From NCBI GenBank assembly GCA_963758195.1, contig CAVWUH010000002.1:4427958-4491957 (forward strand): a DNA stretch of 64,000 nucleotides, given 5' to 3'. The position numbers were made by a program, and so were the translations under genes. The DNA comes from an uncultured Acidobacteriota bacterium (GTDB lineage Bacteria; Acidobacteriota; Thermoanaerobaculia; Gp7-AA8). Below are positions 34,783-44,179 of the stretch, one piece after another (the stretch's first letter is position 1; each line of letters opens with the position of its first letter). The notes under the pieces were generated by a model, which worked only from the letters and a program-made list of their open reading frames with translations, searched no databases and was not told the DNA's origin.

Positions 34783-36824
34783 CAACGCGTTCCTCGGAGA
34801 TTCACGCGCACTCCCGCGGTCACGGTGCGCGGGAGGCCGCTGCGGAAGGACGTAGGGGCGAGGGCGAGGTAGTAGCTCTCGTCGAAGAGGTTCTCGACCA
34901 TCACGTAGGCGTCGATCCACGAGCGCAATTGCTGCGAGAGTGAGAGATCGACGACGCGATGCGCAGGGGAGAGGGAGACGTTCTGCGCTTCGCCGTAGGA
35001 GCGGCTGAGGATCCGTCCGCGCAGATCGGCGTGCGTACCGCGATCTCCATGGAATCGCACCGAGAATGATCCCATGTGCGGCGCGACCTCGGGGAGCCAT
35101 TTTCCCTGGAGGTCGGGACTCGGATCTTCGATGATCGTCGCGTCGGCATACGTGTAGCCGGCGTTCACGGACCAGCGGCGGGAGAGTCTCACGTCGGCGA
35201 GGAGCTCGAGACCCTGGCTGCGTCCCTTGCCAAGGTTGAAAAACTGGAAGACGTTCGCGGGCTGCCCGGCGACATTCGCACGCGACTGCAGGCCGTCGAT
35301 GACATTGCGGAAGAGATTCACTTCGACGTGCGTCGGCCCGTTCGCCCACTCCCAGCCCACTTCGCCGCCGACGAGCGTTTCCGGCTCGAGGTAGGGATTG
35401 CCGAGGATGATGCTGTTGCCTGTCTGATTCTTGCGGTAGAGATCGCGAAGCGTCGGGGCGTTGAAGGCGCGATAGGCGGAGGCGCGCAGCGCGGAGTGCT
35501 CGCTGAGAGCGAAGCGCGCGGAGACGCGCGGATCGATCTGCGTCGACGAAGAATTCGGATAGAACGTCGACGTGCCGCCGGCCACGACGTCGGAGCCATT
35601 CTCGTTGCGGAACGTGTCGAGTCTCGCGCTGCCGAGGATTTCGAGGCGATCGCTGGGATGCCAGCTCGCCTGCGCGTAGATGCCGGCGAAGCGCTGGCGT
35701 CCGCCGACGCGATTGCGCTGCGTGACCGCGCCGTTGCGGTTGTAGGTGACGCGATCTTCCGCCGCTTCGAGCTGCTGGAGATCGACGCCGACGGAGACGA
35801 AGGGGATGACGCCGCGCCGCTGCACGGCCCACTCGATCGATGCCCCTTCCGCGGTCGAAGGGATCGTGCCGTCCTGTGAGAGGAACTCGGACTGGCGCGT
35901 GCCGATGAGTGTCGAGTTCACGAGCCGCTCGCTCTGGCGTTGATAGAACGCATTCGCCGAGAGAAGGCCACTTGCGCCGATGCCACGGTGCATGCCGGCC
36001 GAGGTGGCGGTGATGTCGCGCTTCGAGTAGGTGACCGGCGTTCCCTGCGAGATGTCGATCCGCGAGGTGCTGGCATTGACGAACGCGCTGGCGCGATCGG
36101 AAAAGTTGTAGTCGGCGCGCGCGTTCGTGATCGCGCTCTCGATCCAGGCCGCGATGTCGATCGGTCCCGGGTCGGGGACGCGGACGAAGCCGTTGGAGTC
36201 GTTGCGATCGTGGCTGATGCGGAGCGAGAGCTTCGAGGTGATCGCGTGATCGATCGTCAGCGCCTGGTGTCCGGTCTGGCCGGTGCCGTACGAGGCATCG
36301 AGCATCACCGCGCTGGCGTCGACCGGCCGTGTGATGAGATTGATCGTGCCGCCGAGAGCGAAGTTGCCGAAGAGACTGGCGTTGCCGCCGCGCACGACTT
36401 CCACCTGGCGCAGGCTGTCGAGCGGTACTTTCTGCCATTGCACGATGCCGCTGTAGGGATCGTGGATGGGTACGCCGTCGAGCAGCACGAGCGCACGTGT
36501 GCCGCCGAGGCCGCGCATCGAGAGGCGCTGGTTGTTGGGAGTCGAGCCGCTGCCGCTGACGACCGACATGTGAACGCCGGGAATCGTGCGCACGAGGTCG
36601 TCGACGCTGCGCGCCGGAGTCTCGCGGATCTCTTCTTCACGGACGACGGTGGCGCTGACGGGAAGATCGCTGACGGCGCGCTCGCTGCGCGTTGCCGTGA
36701 CGAGGATCGTTTCTTCGACGACCGGTTGCGGCTTTTCGTGTTTTTCGTTGGGTCCCGACGGGGGCTGCTCGTCTGCGGGGCTCGTGGAAATCAGGACTGC
36801 GAACAGGAGCGCAAACACGCTCAT
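34782..36824 (-). CDS. TonB-dependent receptor
   Basis: ATG 36824 with GAGGTGA upstream. Plug region ..VTATRSERAVSDLPVSATVV..RGLGGTRALVLLDGVP... C-terminal beta-barrel. Confidence 0.85.
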   Translation of the reverse strand: MSVFALLFAVLISTSPADEQPPSGPNEKHEKPQPVVEETILVTATRSERAVSDLPVSATVVREEEIRETPARSVDDLVRTIPGVHMSVVSGSGSTPNNQRLSMRGLGGTRALVLLDGVPIHDPYSGIVQWQKVPLDSLRQVEVVRGGNASLFGNFALGGTINLITRPVDASAVMLDASYGTGQTGHQALTIDHAITSKLSLRISHDRNDSNGFVRVPDPGPIDIAAWIESAITNARADYNFSDRASAFVNASTSRIDISQGTPVTYSKRDITATSAGMHRGIGASGLLSANAFYQRQSERLVNSTLIGTRQSEFLSQDGTIPSTAEGASIEWAVQRRGVIPFVSVGVDLQQLEAAEDRVTYNRNGAVTQRNRVGGRQRFAGIYAQASWHPSDRLEILGSARLDTFRNENGSDVVAGGTSTFYPNSSSTQIDPRVSARFALSEHSALRASAYRAFNAPTLRDLYRKNQTGNSIILGNPYLEPETLVGGEVGWEWANGPTHVEVNLFRNVIDGLQSRANVAGQPANVFQFFNLGKGRSQGLELLADVRLSRRWSVNAGYTYADATIIEDPSPDLQGKWLPEVAPHMGSFSVRFHGDRGTHADLRGRILSRSYGEAQNVSLSPAHRVVDLSLSQQLRSWIDAYVMVENLFDESYYLALAPTSFRSGLPRTVTAGVRVNLRGTR

Positions 36825-36920
36825 TGACTCACCTCGTTGTGGGCTGGACCCGGGGACGGACGTTACGAGCGCAGTATACGTGGTGGTTGCAGAATTCACG
36901 GACGCGGGTCTCGCGTACGC

Positions 36921-37080
36921 GGAACGGTAGACAGGGGACGCTTGCACAAGTGGACCGCCGCCGTCTCGGCGGCTGGGGCGGCGCCGTCCCGGCGCCCGCG
37001 CGCGAGCGGCGAGACGCCGCTCGCCCAGCCGGCGGGACGCCGGCGGTCCGCTTGTGCAAGCGTCCCCTGTCCACCGTTCC
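36921..37080. repeat. family B repeat, copy B2, nested in a 30-bp outer inverted repeat
   Basis: Core at 36952-37049. The outer arms ggaacggtagacaggggacgcttgcacaag (36921-36950) and 37051-37080 pair with one mismatch. Confidence 0.85.
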
Positions 37081-37084
37081 CTGT

Positions 37085-37777
37085 CTACTCTGCGTCACGG
37101 TCGCACGCGACGCGAAATCCGTAATCGGCGTACCTCATCTCCGGCGGGAGGCTGGAGCGTGCGGCGCAGCGGCTGATCTTGACCTGGTGGCGCCAGGAGC
37201 CGCCACGTGAGGCGCGGCGCGTGCCGGTCTCCGGTCCGCGTGGGTTCCGTTCGGGCGATCGCGCGTAGGAGTCGGCGTTGTACCAGTCGCCGCACCATTC
37301 GTGAACGTTCTCGGAGATGTCGAAGAGGCCGAACGCGTTCGCTGGCTGTTGCGCGACGCGTTCCGGTCCGTGTAGCCAGCGCGTGGCGTAATCGGGTCGC
37401 GATTGTGGAGGTTCGTCGCCCCAGGGATAGAGCGCTTGCTCGATTCCTCCGCGCGCGGCGTACTCCCACTCTGCTTCGGACGGCAAGCGGATGCGCTCGC
37501 CTCGTGCGAGGCTCTGCCAGTCGCAGTAGGCGACGGCATCGAACCACGAGACGGCGACGACGGGTTGCGCGGGATCGTCGAAGCCGGGGTCGTGCCAGTG
37601 TGGCGGCTCGGGATGTCCTGTGGCTGCGACGAAGGCTTCGTATTCGGCGTTCGTTACCTGACAACGACCGATCTCGAAGGCATCGACGCGGATGCGATGG
37701 GCGGGCCGTTCGTTCTCCGGGCCTGCGACGGAGCCCATCATGAACCACCCCGCGGCGATGCGAACGCGCCCGGACAT
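37085..37777 (-). CDS. formylglycine-generating enzyme (SUMF1/FGE) family protein
   Basis: ..FMMGS..ERPAHRIRVDAFEIGRCQVTNAEY..RLPSEAEWEYAARGG..RGGSW..YGFRV. Start taken at ATG 37777. Confidence 0.8.
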   Translation of the reverse strand: MSGRVRIAAGWFMMGSVAGPENERPAHRIRVDAFEIGRCQVTNAEYEAFVAATGHPEPPHWHDPGFDDPAQPVVAVSWFDAVAYCDWQSLARGERIRLPSEAEWEYAARGGIEQALYPWGDEPPQSRPDYATRWLHGPERVAQQPANAFGLFDISENVHEWCGDWYNADSYARSPERNPRGPETGTRRASRGGSWRHQVKISRCAARSSLPPEMRYADYGFRVACDRDAE

Positions 37778-37789
37778 TGCAGCGATGAT

Positions 37790-38635
37790 ATGCCGCATGC
37801 AATCGTTTGGCGGTTTTCGCCGTTCTCATGCACGAGTCCGATCGTGAACGCCACCCTTCCGCTGGGACGCCTCCTTCTGATTTGTCCGCATCCGGACGAT
37901 GAGACGCTCGGCGCCGGTCTCCTGTTGCAGGAGGCGCTCGCTCGTGGCGCCGCCGTTCGCGTCGTGTATCTGACGGACGGCGAGCGCAATCCGATCCCGC
38001 AGTTTCTCCTCGAACGGCATTGGCCCTGGAGAACGGACGATCGCCGCCGCTGGGGCCGGCGTCGTCGCGATGAAGCGCGCGCCGCCTTGCACACCCTCGG
38101 TGTTGCGCCGGAATGCGCCGAGTTCTGGTCGCTCCCCGATCAGCGCGTGCGCCGGTTCGTCGAGAGCACGGCGCTCGTCGAGCGTCTGTCGCACTGCATC
38201 GCGGAGTTCCAGCCGACGGCCATCGTGACTCCGTCGGTGCACGATCTCCATCCCGATCACTGGGCCGCGGCCGGCATCGTCCGCGACGCACTCTTGATGT
38301 CCGAAGTGATCGCGGCGCATCTCGTTTATCGCGTTCACGGATCCTTTCCCGAGAATCTGCCGATCTGGGTCGCGCCGGCGAGTCCTTCGCGGCAGTTCCG
38401 CAAAGAGACCGCGCTGGAGTGTCACGAGAGCCAGCTCACCGCCAGCAGCCTCCGCATGAGGTATCTCGCGCAGCGCCCGGAAGTGTTCGCGCGCTGGGAG
38501 GACGACGCGCCGATTCCACCTCCGTCGTTCCGCCCGCTGCGCCGCGTCGCGCACGTGGTGTCCGACGGCGCCGCGCGCGGCATGCACGTGATCGTGAAAC
38601 GCCTGCATCCCGCGAACGTCTCGCGCGGCGCGTGA
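37790..38635 (+). CDS. PIG-L (LmbE-like) family deacetylase
   Basis: LLLICPHPDDETLGAG and a later ..HPDH.. motif. Start is ATG 37790 or GTG 37844. Confidence 0.75.
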   Translation: MPHAIVWRFSPFSCTSPIVNATLPLGRLLLICPHPDDETLGAGLLLQEALARGAAVRVVYLTDGERNPIPQFLLERHWPWRTDDRRRWGRRRRDEARAALHTLGVAPECAEFWSLPDQRVRRFVESTALVERLSHCIAEFQPTAIVTPSVHDLHPDHWAAAGIVRDALLMSEVIAAHLVYRVHGSFPENLPIWVAPASPSRQFRKETALECHESQLTASSLRMRYLAQRPEVFARWEDDAPIPPPSFRPLRRVAHVVSDGAARGMHVIVKRLHPANVSRGA

Positions 38636-38653
38636 ATGGGCCGCAAGCGAGGG

Positions 38654-38734
38654 ATTTCACGCGGAGGCGCGGAGGACGCGGAGAAAAAGATCATCACAGA
38701 TTTCTCTCCGTGTCTCCGCGTCTCCGCGTGAAAC
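38654..38734. repeat. family A repeat, copy A4
   Basis: ATTTCACGCGGAGGCGCGGAGGACGCGGAGA...CTCCGTGTCTCCGCGTCTCCGCGTGAAAC. Confidence 0.85.
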
Positions 38735-38749
38735 CAATCTCTGGCAGAC

Positions 38750-39154
38750 TCACTTGCCCGGCATTCGCACGAGCCTTTCAAACAACCCCTCCAGCGCGAC
38801 CTTCGGATCCGCATGCACTCCGGAATGGACGTCCGAGGTTTGGATGACCGTGCTGCGTGGCGCGACGAGCCAATGGAAGCGGGCGCGTTGCGGGAGACTT
38901 CCGATCGAGCCGGCTTCGCCGCCGCCCGCACAGATCGTGGGAATCGAATCGAGATAGCTCTGGACCACCGCCGTATCGATCGTCGGCGCGAGCGCTTGCA
39001 GACGCGCGTGATCGAGCTCGATGCGCGACTCGAGAAACCCGGCCGTCGAGCAGAACAGGATCACGCCCGCGTTCAGGAACTCGCCGCGATCCACTCGCGG
39101 CACGACGCGCACGACGGCGTAATCAAACACGAAGCGTTCGTGCACGAACGGCAT
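38750..39154 (-). CDS. DUF3037 family protein
   Basis: FDYAVVRVVPRVDRGEFLNAGVILF is the family-typical N-terminus (from memory). The gene overlaps the upstream kinase gene. Confidence 0.7.
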   Translation of the reverse strand: MPFVHERFVFDYAVVRVVPRVDRGEFLNAGVILFCSTAGFLESRIELDHARLQALAPTIDTAVVQSYLDSIPTICAGGGEAGSIGSLPQRARFHWLVAPRSTVIQTSDVHSGVHADPKVALEGLFERLVRMPGK

Positions 39155-39911
39155 CCTCCATCCATTCCCGCGGCGCGGTGAGTCGCCGCGTCAGGTAATC
39201 ACGATACGCGGCGCGGTGCTCTTCGACACTCGCGAAGCGAGGCTCGTCGTCCAGCCACGATTCGGGGATGAGCGCGATCACGGCGGCGATGACCTCGGGC
39301 GTCAGCGTCGCGCTCAGCTCGGCGTCGATCTCGCGAATCTCGTCCGCCCATCCGAGGAGCACGTGCTCGGCGATGCGCGGAAATGGCGCGCGGCTCTTCT
39401 CGAGATAGCCGTCCCAGTTGTGATGAAAGACGAGCGTCGCGCCGTGATCGATCATCCAGAGCTTGCGATGCCACACGAGCAGGTTCGTGTTCTTCACAGT
39501 GCGATCGACATTCGTCACCAGCGCATCGAACCAGACGATCGCCGAGGCCAGCCGCGATCGGTTCTCGATCGGCACGGCGACGATCGGATCGAACGTGATC
39601 GAGCCGGGGAGATAGTCGAGGGCGATGTTGAGCCCTTCGCTCTTCTGCAGCAACTCCTGAATTTCCGGATCGCGCTCGGTCTTGGCCATGCGCGGATCGA
39701 GCTCGGCGAACACGATCTCCGGCACCAGCAAACCGAGCGCCCGCGCGATCTCACCCGACACCAGCTCCGCGACCAGCGCCCTGGCCCCCTGTCCCGCTCC
39801 GCGAAATTTCACGACGTACGTGCCGTCGTCATCCCCTTCCACGATCGCCGGAAGCGACCCACCTTCACGGAGGGGCATGACGTACTCGGTGGCGGTGATG
39901 GTGCGAAGCAT
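39123..39911 (-). CDS. HipA-like kinase family protein
   Basis: ATG 39911. MLRTITATEYVMPLREGGSLPAIVEGDDDGTYVVKFRGAGQGARALVAELVSGEIARALGL.. matches the HipA-family kinases that accompany DUF3037 (from memory). Confidence 0.65.
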   Translation of the reverse strand: MLRTITATEYVMPLREGGSLPAIVEGDDDGTYVVKFRGAGQGARALVAELVSGEIARALGLLVPEIVFAELDPRMAKTERDPEIQELLQKSEGLNIALDYLPGSITFDPIVAVPIENRSRLASAIVWFDALVTNVDRTVKNTNLLVWHRKLWMIDHGATLVFHHNWDGYLEKSRAPFPRIAEHVLLGWADEIREIDAELSATLTPEVIAAVIALIPESWLDDEPRFASVEEHRAAYRDYLTRRLTAPREWMEDAVRARTLRV

Positions 39912-39963
39912 CGCGCGAGGATCATATTTGACGCGGATGACGGGAACCCGCAAACTTCGTGAC

Positions 39964-40341
39964 GTGACGACGAAACTGGATCTGCCCGACGATCTCATGG
40001 AGGAGATTCGGCTCCGAGCCTCACGAGAAGAACGCGAGCTCGACGAGACGATCGCTGAGCTGCTTCGCGCAGGACTCGCAGTGTCCTCCGTGCGTCCGTC
40101 GACGAGGGTGCAGGCGGATTCTTCGATGCTGGAAGAGCGTCAGCGGATCGCGGAAAAGTTTCTTGGCGGCGAGTGGGGTGTCGAGCTCACTCACCATTCT
40201 CTCGCTGATCGATGCGGACCGCCGGCGTCCTCGCCGGCTGGCGGGGTGCCGTCTCGGCGCCCCGAAAGGGTGGCGGCGCGGGACGCCGCCACTCCAGCCG
40301 GCAAGACGCCAGCGGTCCGCCGAACCACTCGCGCGCGTTGA
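39964..40341 (+). CDS. ribbon-helix-helix antitoxin-like protein with repeat-encoded tail
   Basis: VTTKLDLPDDLMEEIRLRASREERELDETIAELLRAGL is antitoxin-like. Start is GTG 39964 or ATG 39937. The last ~40 codons run through repeat B3. No toxin gene follows. Confidence 0.4.
   Translation: MTTKLDLPDDLMEEIRLRASREERELDETIAELLRAGLAVSSVRPSTRVQADSSMLEERQRIAEKFLGGEWGVELTHHSLADRCGPPASSPAGGVPSRRPERVAARDAATPAGKTPAVRRTTRAR
40216..40318. repeat. family B repeat, copy B3
   Basis: GGACCGCCGGCGTCCTCGCCGGCTGG...CCAGCCGGCAAGACGCCAGCGGTCC. Confidence 0.85.
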
Positions 40342-40415
40342 CGAGCTACTCAGACAATCCCGACGAACGCGATGCTCTCAGGCCGTGTTCTCTCCCATGA
40401 AAACGGAGGAGATTC

Positions 40416-40913
40416 ATGACCGAGCTGTTGACGGAACGGACGAACATCACCATCGCGGCAATCCCACAAGACTTTCTCGATCGCGTGCGCCGTGACGGGA
40501 TCGACGATCTCGGTCAGCCGGTGAAGCGGGTGGTGGCGGAGGGGGGCGAGCCGTGCCGGGATGTGTTGCGGCGCGCGCGGGCGGGGGAGGAGTTGATCCT
40601 GGCGAGTTTCAGTCCGTTTGCGAAAGTGGGTCCGTACCGGGAGCACGGTCCGATCTTCGTTCTTGCAGAGGCCAGTGATGAATCGGTGACTCGCGATGCG
40701 CTGCCGCAGGTCGGTTTGCCGGCGAGCTACGTGCGGGAGCAGTGTGCCGTTCGCGCCTACTCGATCGACGAAGAGATTGTCGATGCGGCGTTGATCCGCG
40801 CGACCGAGTTCGAGGAGACGGTCGAGCGCTTCCTCGGATCTCCGGCGACGGCGTTTCTGCACGTACGGTTTCCGGCCTACGGCTGTTTTGCGTTTCGAAT
40901 CGATCGAGCGTAA
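40416..40913 (+). CDS. DUF1203 family protein
   Basis: GGAGGAG RBS. ..GGEPCRDVLRRARAGEELILASFSPF..GPYREHGPIFV.. (family from memory). Confidence 0.65.
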   Translation: MTELLTERTNITIAAIPQDFLDRVRRDGIDDLGQPVKRVVAEGGEPCRDVLRRARAGEELILASFSPFAKVGPYREHGPIFVLAEASDESVTRDALPQVGLPASYVREQCAVRAYSIDEEIVDAALIRATEFEETVERFLGSPATAFLHVRFPAYGCFAFRIDRA

Positions 40914-40927
40914 GCCGCAGCGAAAGA

Positions 40928-41006
40928 GTTTCACGCGGAGACGCGGGGGACGCGGAGAGTCGCAGGTAACCCCCACTCTCCGTGCTTCCGCGTCTCCGCG
41001 TGAAAC
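40928..41006. repeat. family A repeat, copy A5
   Basis: GTTTCACGCGGAGACGCGGGGGACGCGGAGAG...CTCCGTGCTTCCGCGTCTCCGCGTGAAAC. Confidence 0.85.
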
Positions 41007-41017
41007 CGAATTGCTGC

Positions 41018-44000
41018 TCAGGCGGCGGGGATCGCGCTTCTCTCCATGAGCTTCGCCACTTCTCCACGGAGGGTGTCGAAGTCGTAGGGCTTGAGCAGGA
41101 GGCTGACGTTCGGTTTTCGCGTGAATTCACCGAGTTTGCCGGCATCGGCGTGACCCGACGAAAAGAGGATCGACAGCGTCGGCCAGCGCGCGGCAATCCC
41201 TGCGTAGACCTCGACACCGTCGAGGTCGGGGAGCCCGATGTCGAGGATGACCAGATCGGGCAGCCATCGCTCGATGGCGGGCACGGCGGCGGCGCCGGTG
41301 GAGACGACCTCGGTCGGAATCCCGTCGAGCTCCAGAAGGGACTGAATGCCGAAGGCAACCGCGGCTTCGTCCTCGACGATCAGCACGCGTCGCGGCTCGG
41401 TGATGATGCGATCCCTCGCATCGGTCACATTCTCGACGACCGGAGATGTGGCGGGAAGAAGGATATGGAAGGTCGATCCTTCTCCGAGCTGGCTCTCCGC
41501 GAACATCAATCCTCCATGCCGCGACACGATCTGGTAACTCACCGCGAGCCCGAGGCCGGTGCCCCCTTTCTTGGTGGTGAAGAGTGGCTCGAAGACCTGC
41601 GCCAGCTGTTCGGGAGACATCCCGACCCCATGATCGCGAACGCTGAAATGGATGTAGCGGTCGGGACTTGCCACAACGCCGAATCCGAATGAGCCGAAGC
41701 TCTTGCCCTGCTCGACGTCGATCTCGAGGATGCCGCCGTGCTCGTTCATGGCGTCTCGAGCGTTGACGGCCAGGTTGGTGAAGACTTGTGCGATCTGGAG
41801 CGGATCGGCTTCGATGTAATAGGAAGCGCGGTCGCTGATCTTCAATTCGATTCCGGATCCGAGGATCGGAATGATCTCCTGGCGCCAGCCGGCCATGAGC
41901 TGATCGACCGCTACGCATTGCAGGGACGGATCGGCCGGACGCGTGAATCGAAGGATCTCTTCGGTGATCCGTTTTCCACGGCGGACCGATTGCTGGACGT
42001 AATCGAGAGGGGCATCGAGATCCGCCGACGCTCGCGCGCGAATGATTTCGAGATTCGGCTGGATGCCCATGAGCACATTGTTGAACTCGTGGGCCATCGA
42101 TGCGGCGATTCGTCCCAGGCCGCTCACGCGTCTCGCCTGCGCCAACTGGTCTTCCATCTGTTTGAGCGGCGTGGTGTCCATGATCGCGCCGACCATCCGC
42201 AGCGGCTTCATGTTGGCGTCTCTCACGATGTAGGCGCGATCGAGAACGTTGGCGTAGGTCAGATCGCTCCGTCGCAGGCGATACTCGGAGGACCAGGCAT
42301 CCTGTCCAGCAGCGAGCGCTTCATCGATCGACTGGAGCACGCGTACCCGATCCTCGGGATGGAGCTGCCCTCGCCAGAAGGCGGCGTCGATCTCAGAGAC
42401 GTCGAAGCCGAACAGCGTATGAAATCCCTCGCCGCACCAGAGATTCTTCGTGACGAGATTCGAGTCCCAGACGGCATCGTTGGTGGCCCGTGCGATCAAC
42501 TGAAAGCGTTCTTCACTGGCGCGAAGAAGCTCTTCGACGTGGACGATCTCAGTGACGTCCTGAGCGCTGCCATAGATCCGGATCGGCTTGCCATGCGAGT
42601 CGTAGTCGACTCCTCCGTGGCAGCGCAGGGTCCGTTCGCTGCCATCGACGGCGTGCAATTTGAGCGTCCACTGCCCGCTGCCGGCGCTGATGAGTTGCTG
42701 GTGATTCTCGAGAAAAGCGGGGAGCGCATCCTCCGGGATGAACTCGAGGAACTTCGAGAAAGGGATCGGATAGTTGATGGGGTCGCCGGTTTCGACGTGG
42801 TAGAGCGCCTCGGTGCGCCAAACCGTGTTGCTGATGAGATCGTGCTCCCAGCTTTCGATCTTGGCGGCGCGCTGAGCGTCGGCGAGCATGCGCTCGCTCC
42901 GACGCAACTCGCGCTCGGCGAGCTCGCGCTCGGTGATGTCACGAGCCAGGCCGAGGTAGCCGGCGCCGTCGACCTGTGTCGAGAGAGACTTCGAGAACGA
43001 CGCGCCGTCCGTTCGGACCGTTGACGGTGGCCAGCGTCGGTGCGACGCCGCCGTTCGCGAGGGCATTGGCGATGTCGAGCTCGGCCTTCGCTCGGTGATC
43101 GTCGACGATCAGGTCGAGTGCCGGTTTTCCGATCCATCGATCCGCGGACGCGCCGATGATCTGCTCGAAGACTGGATTCAACGAGGTGATGACTCCGTCC
43201 TGATCGAGCGTGAAGATGATGTCGCGCGCCTGTTCCACGATTCCGCGGTAGCGCTTTTCCGAATGGCGCAACGCTTCCTCGGCGACGCGGCGAAGCATCA
43301 CCTCTTTGCTCAGTACGTCGATCGTTTGCATCAACTCCGAAGTTCGTTCGACGACGTGTTTCTCCAGCTCCGCGTGAGACTGATGCAGCGCATCCTCGGC
43401 GCGTTTGCGGCGCGTGATGTCGCGGGCTACCCAGAGAACGAGAGAGTTTCTCATCGGGGAGACCGATGCGGTGAACCAGAGATCTTGTCCGTTGACCGGA
43501 AGTGAATAGTCGACTTCGATCGTCTTGCGCTCGTCGAGCGCGCGACAGATGGTGTCGAGCACCAGGTCCGCTGTGTCGGGCGGCAATTGATCATGAACGT
43601 ACGTGCCGATCAGCGTGTCACGCGGCAGGATGAGAAGTTGATACGCGGTCGGACCGATCTCGACGTAGCGGCCATCCCGATCCAGCACGAGAATCAGATC
43701 GTTCATCGACGCCAGAAGCGCGCGCAGCTTCGATTCCGATTGTTGAAACTTCACGATTCGCGGACGCGCCGCCATCACGATGATGCCGATGCTCAGACAG
43801 AAGATCGCTTCGCCCGTCGTCGTCCCCGTGGGGAAGGAGGAGTGCGGTACCAGCGATGCCGTCAGGAATGCCAGTCCGAGAGCCGCACCCAACCAGCCGA
43901 CCGAATAGGCGGCGAGGGCGACGCCGGAACAGAGAAGGATGCCGCGCAGCCAGTCTGGGGATGAGAGCTGACGATCGAGCGCCGCGATGATCAACAATGC

Positions 44001-44063
44001 GGAAGCGACGAAGACCGCTACGGAGTGTCTGACCGGCTTGAACACGTCGAGGGTGCGGTCCAA
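41018..44063 (-). pseudogene. hybrid sensor histidine kinase (membrane N-terminus, PAS domains, HisKA, HATPase, receiver) with frame break
   Basis: ORF 42939..44063 and ORF 41018..43066 overlap by 128 nt in different frames, inside a PAS domain. H-box MAHEFNN. Receiver VLIVEDE..DLVILDIGLPDLDG. Confidence 0.8.
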
Positions 44064-44179
44064 AGCAGGTGCCGTTCGTGACTTTCGTTAATCATATGAG
44101 AAGACAGCTACTTACATCCGCGTGCCGGATGTCCTGCCTGTTCAAGTCCCGGAATCCGTCTGATTAACAGACGCAGGAC

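Noticed and set aside
33664-36438. 924-aa minus-strand ORF read as one protein
   Set aside because: Only the last 372 codons (the binding lipoprotein) are credible. The upstream part is an Arg/Pro-rich read-through that overlaps the TonB-dependent receptor gene in another frame.
37095-38291. 398-aa minus ORF, and similar ORFs at 28143..29603, 48903..50405, 56035..56865 and 59789..61147
   Set aside because: All are Arg/Ala/Gly-rich. All lie antisense to, or out of frame with, genes that have clear family motifs (FGE/PIG-L, DUF3011, TPR protein, NVPLP paralogue, boxC).
44155-44172. Hairpin cgtctg-attaa-cagacg downstream of the outer-membrane protein gene, as a terminator
   Set aside because: It has only a 6-bp stem and no U-tract on the relevant strand.
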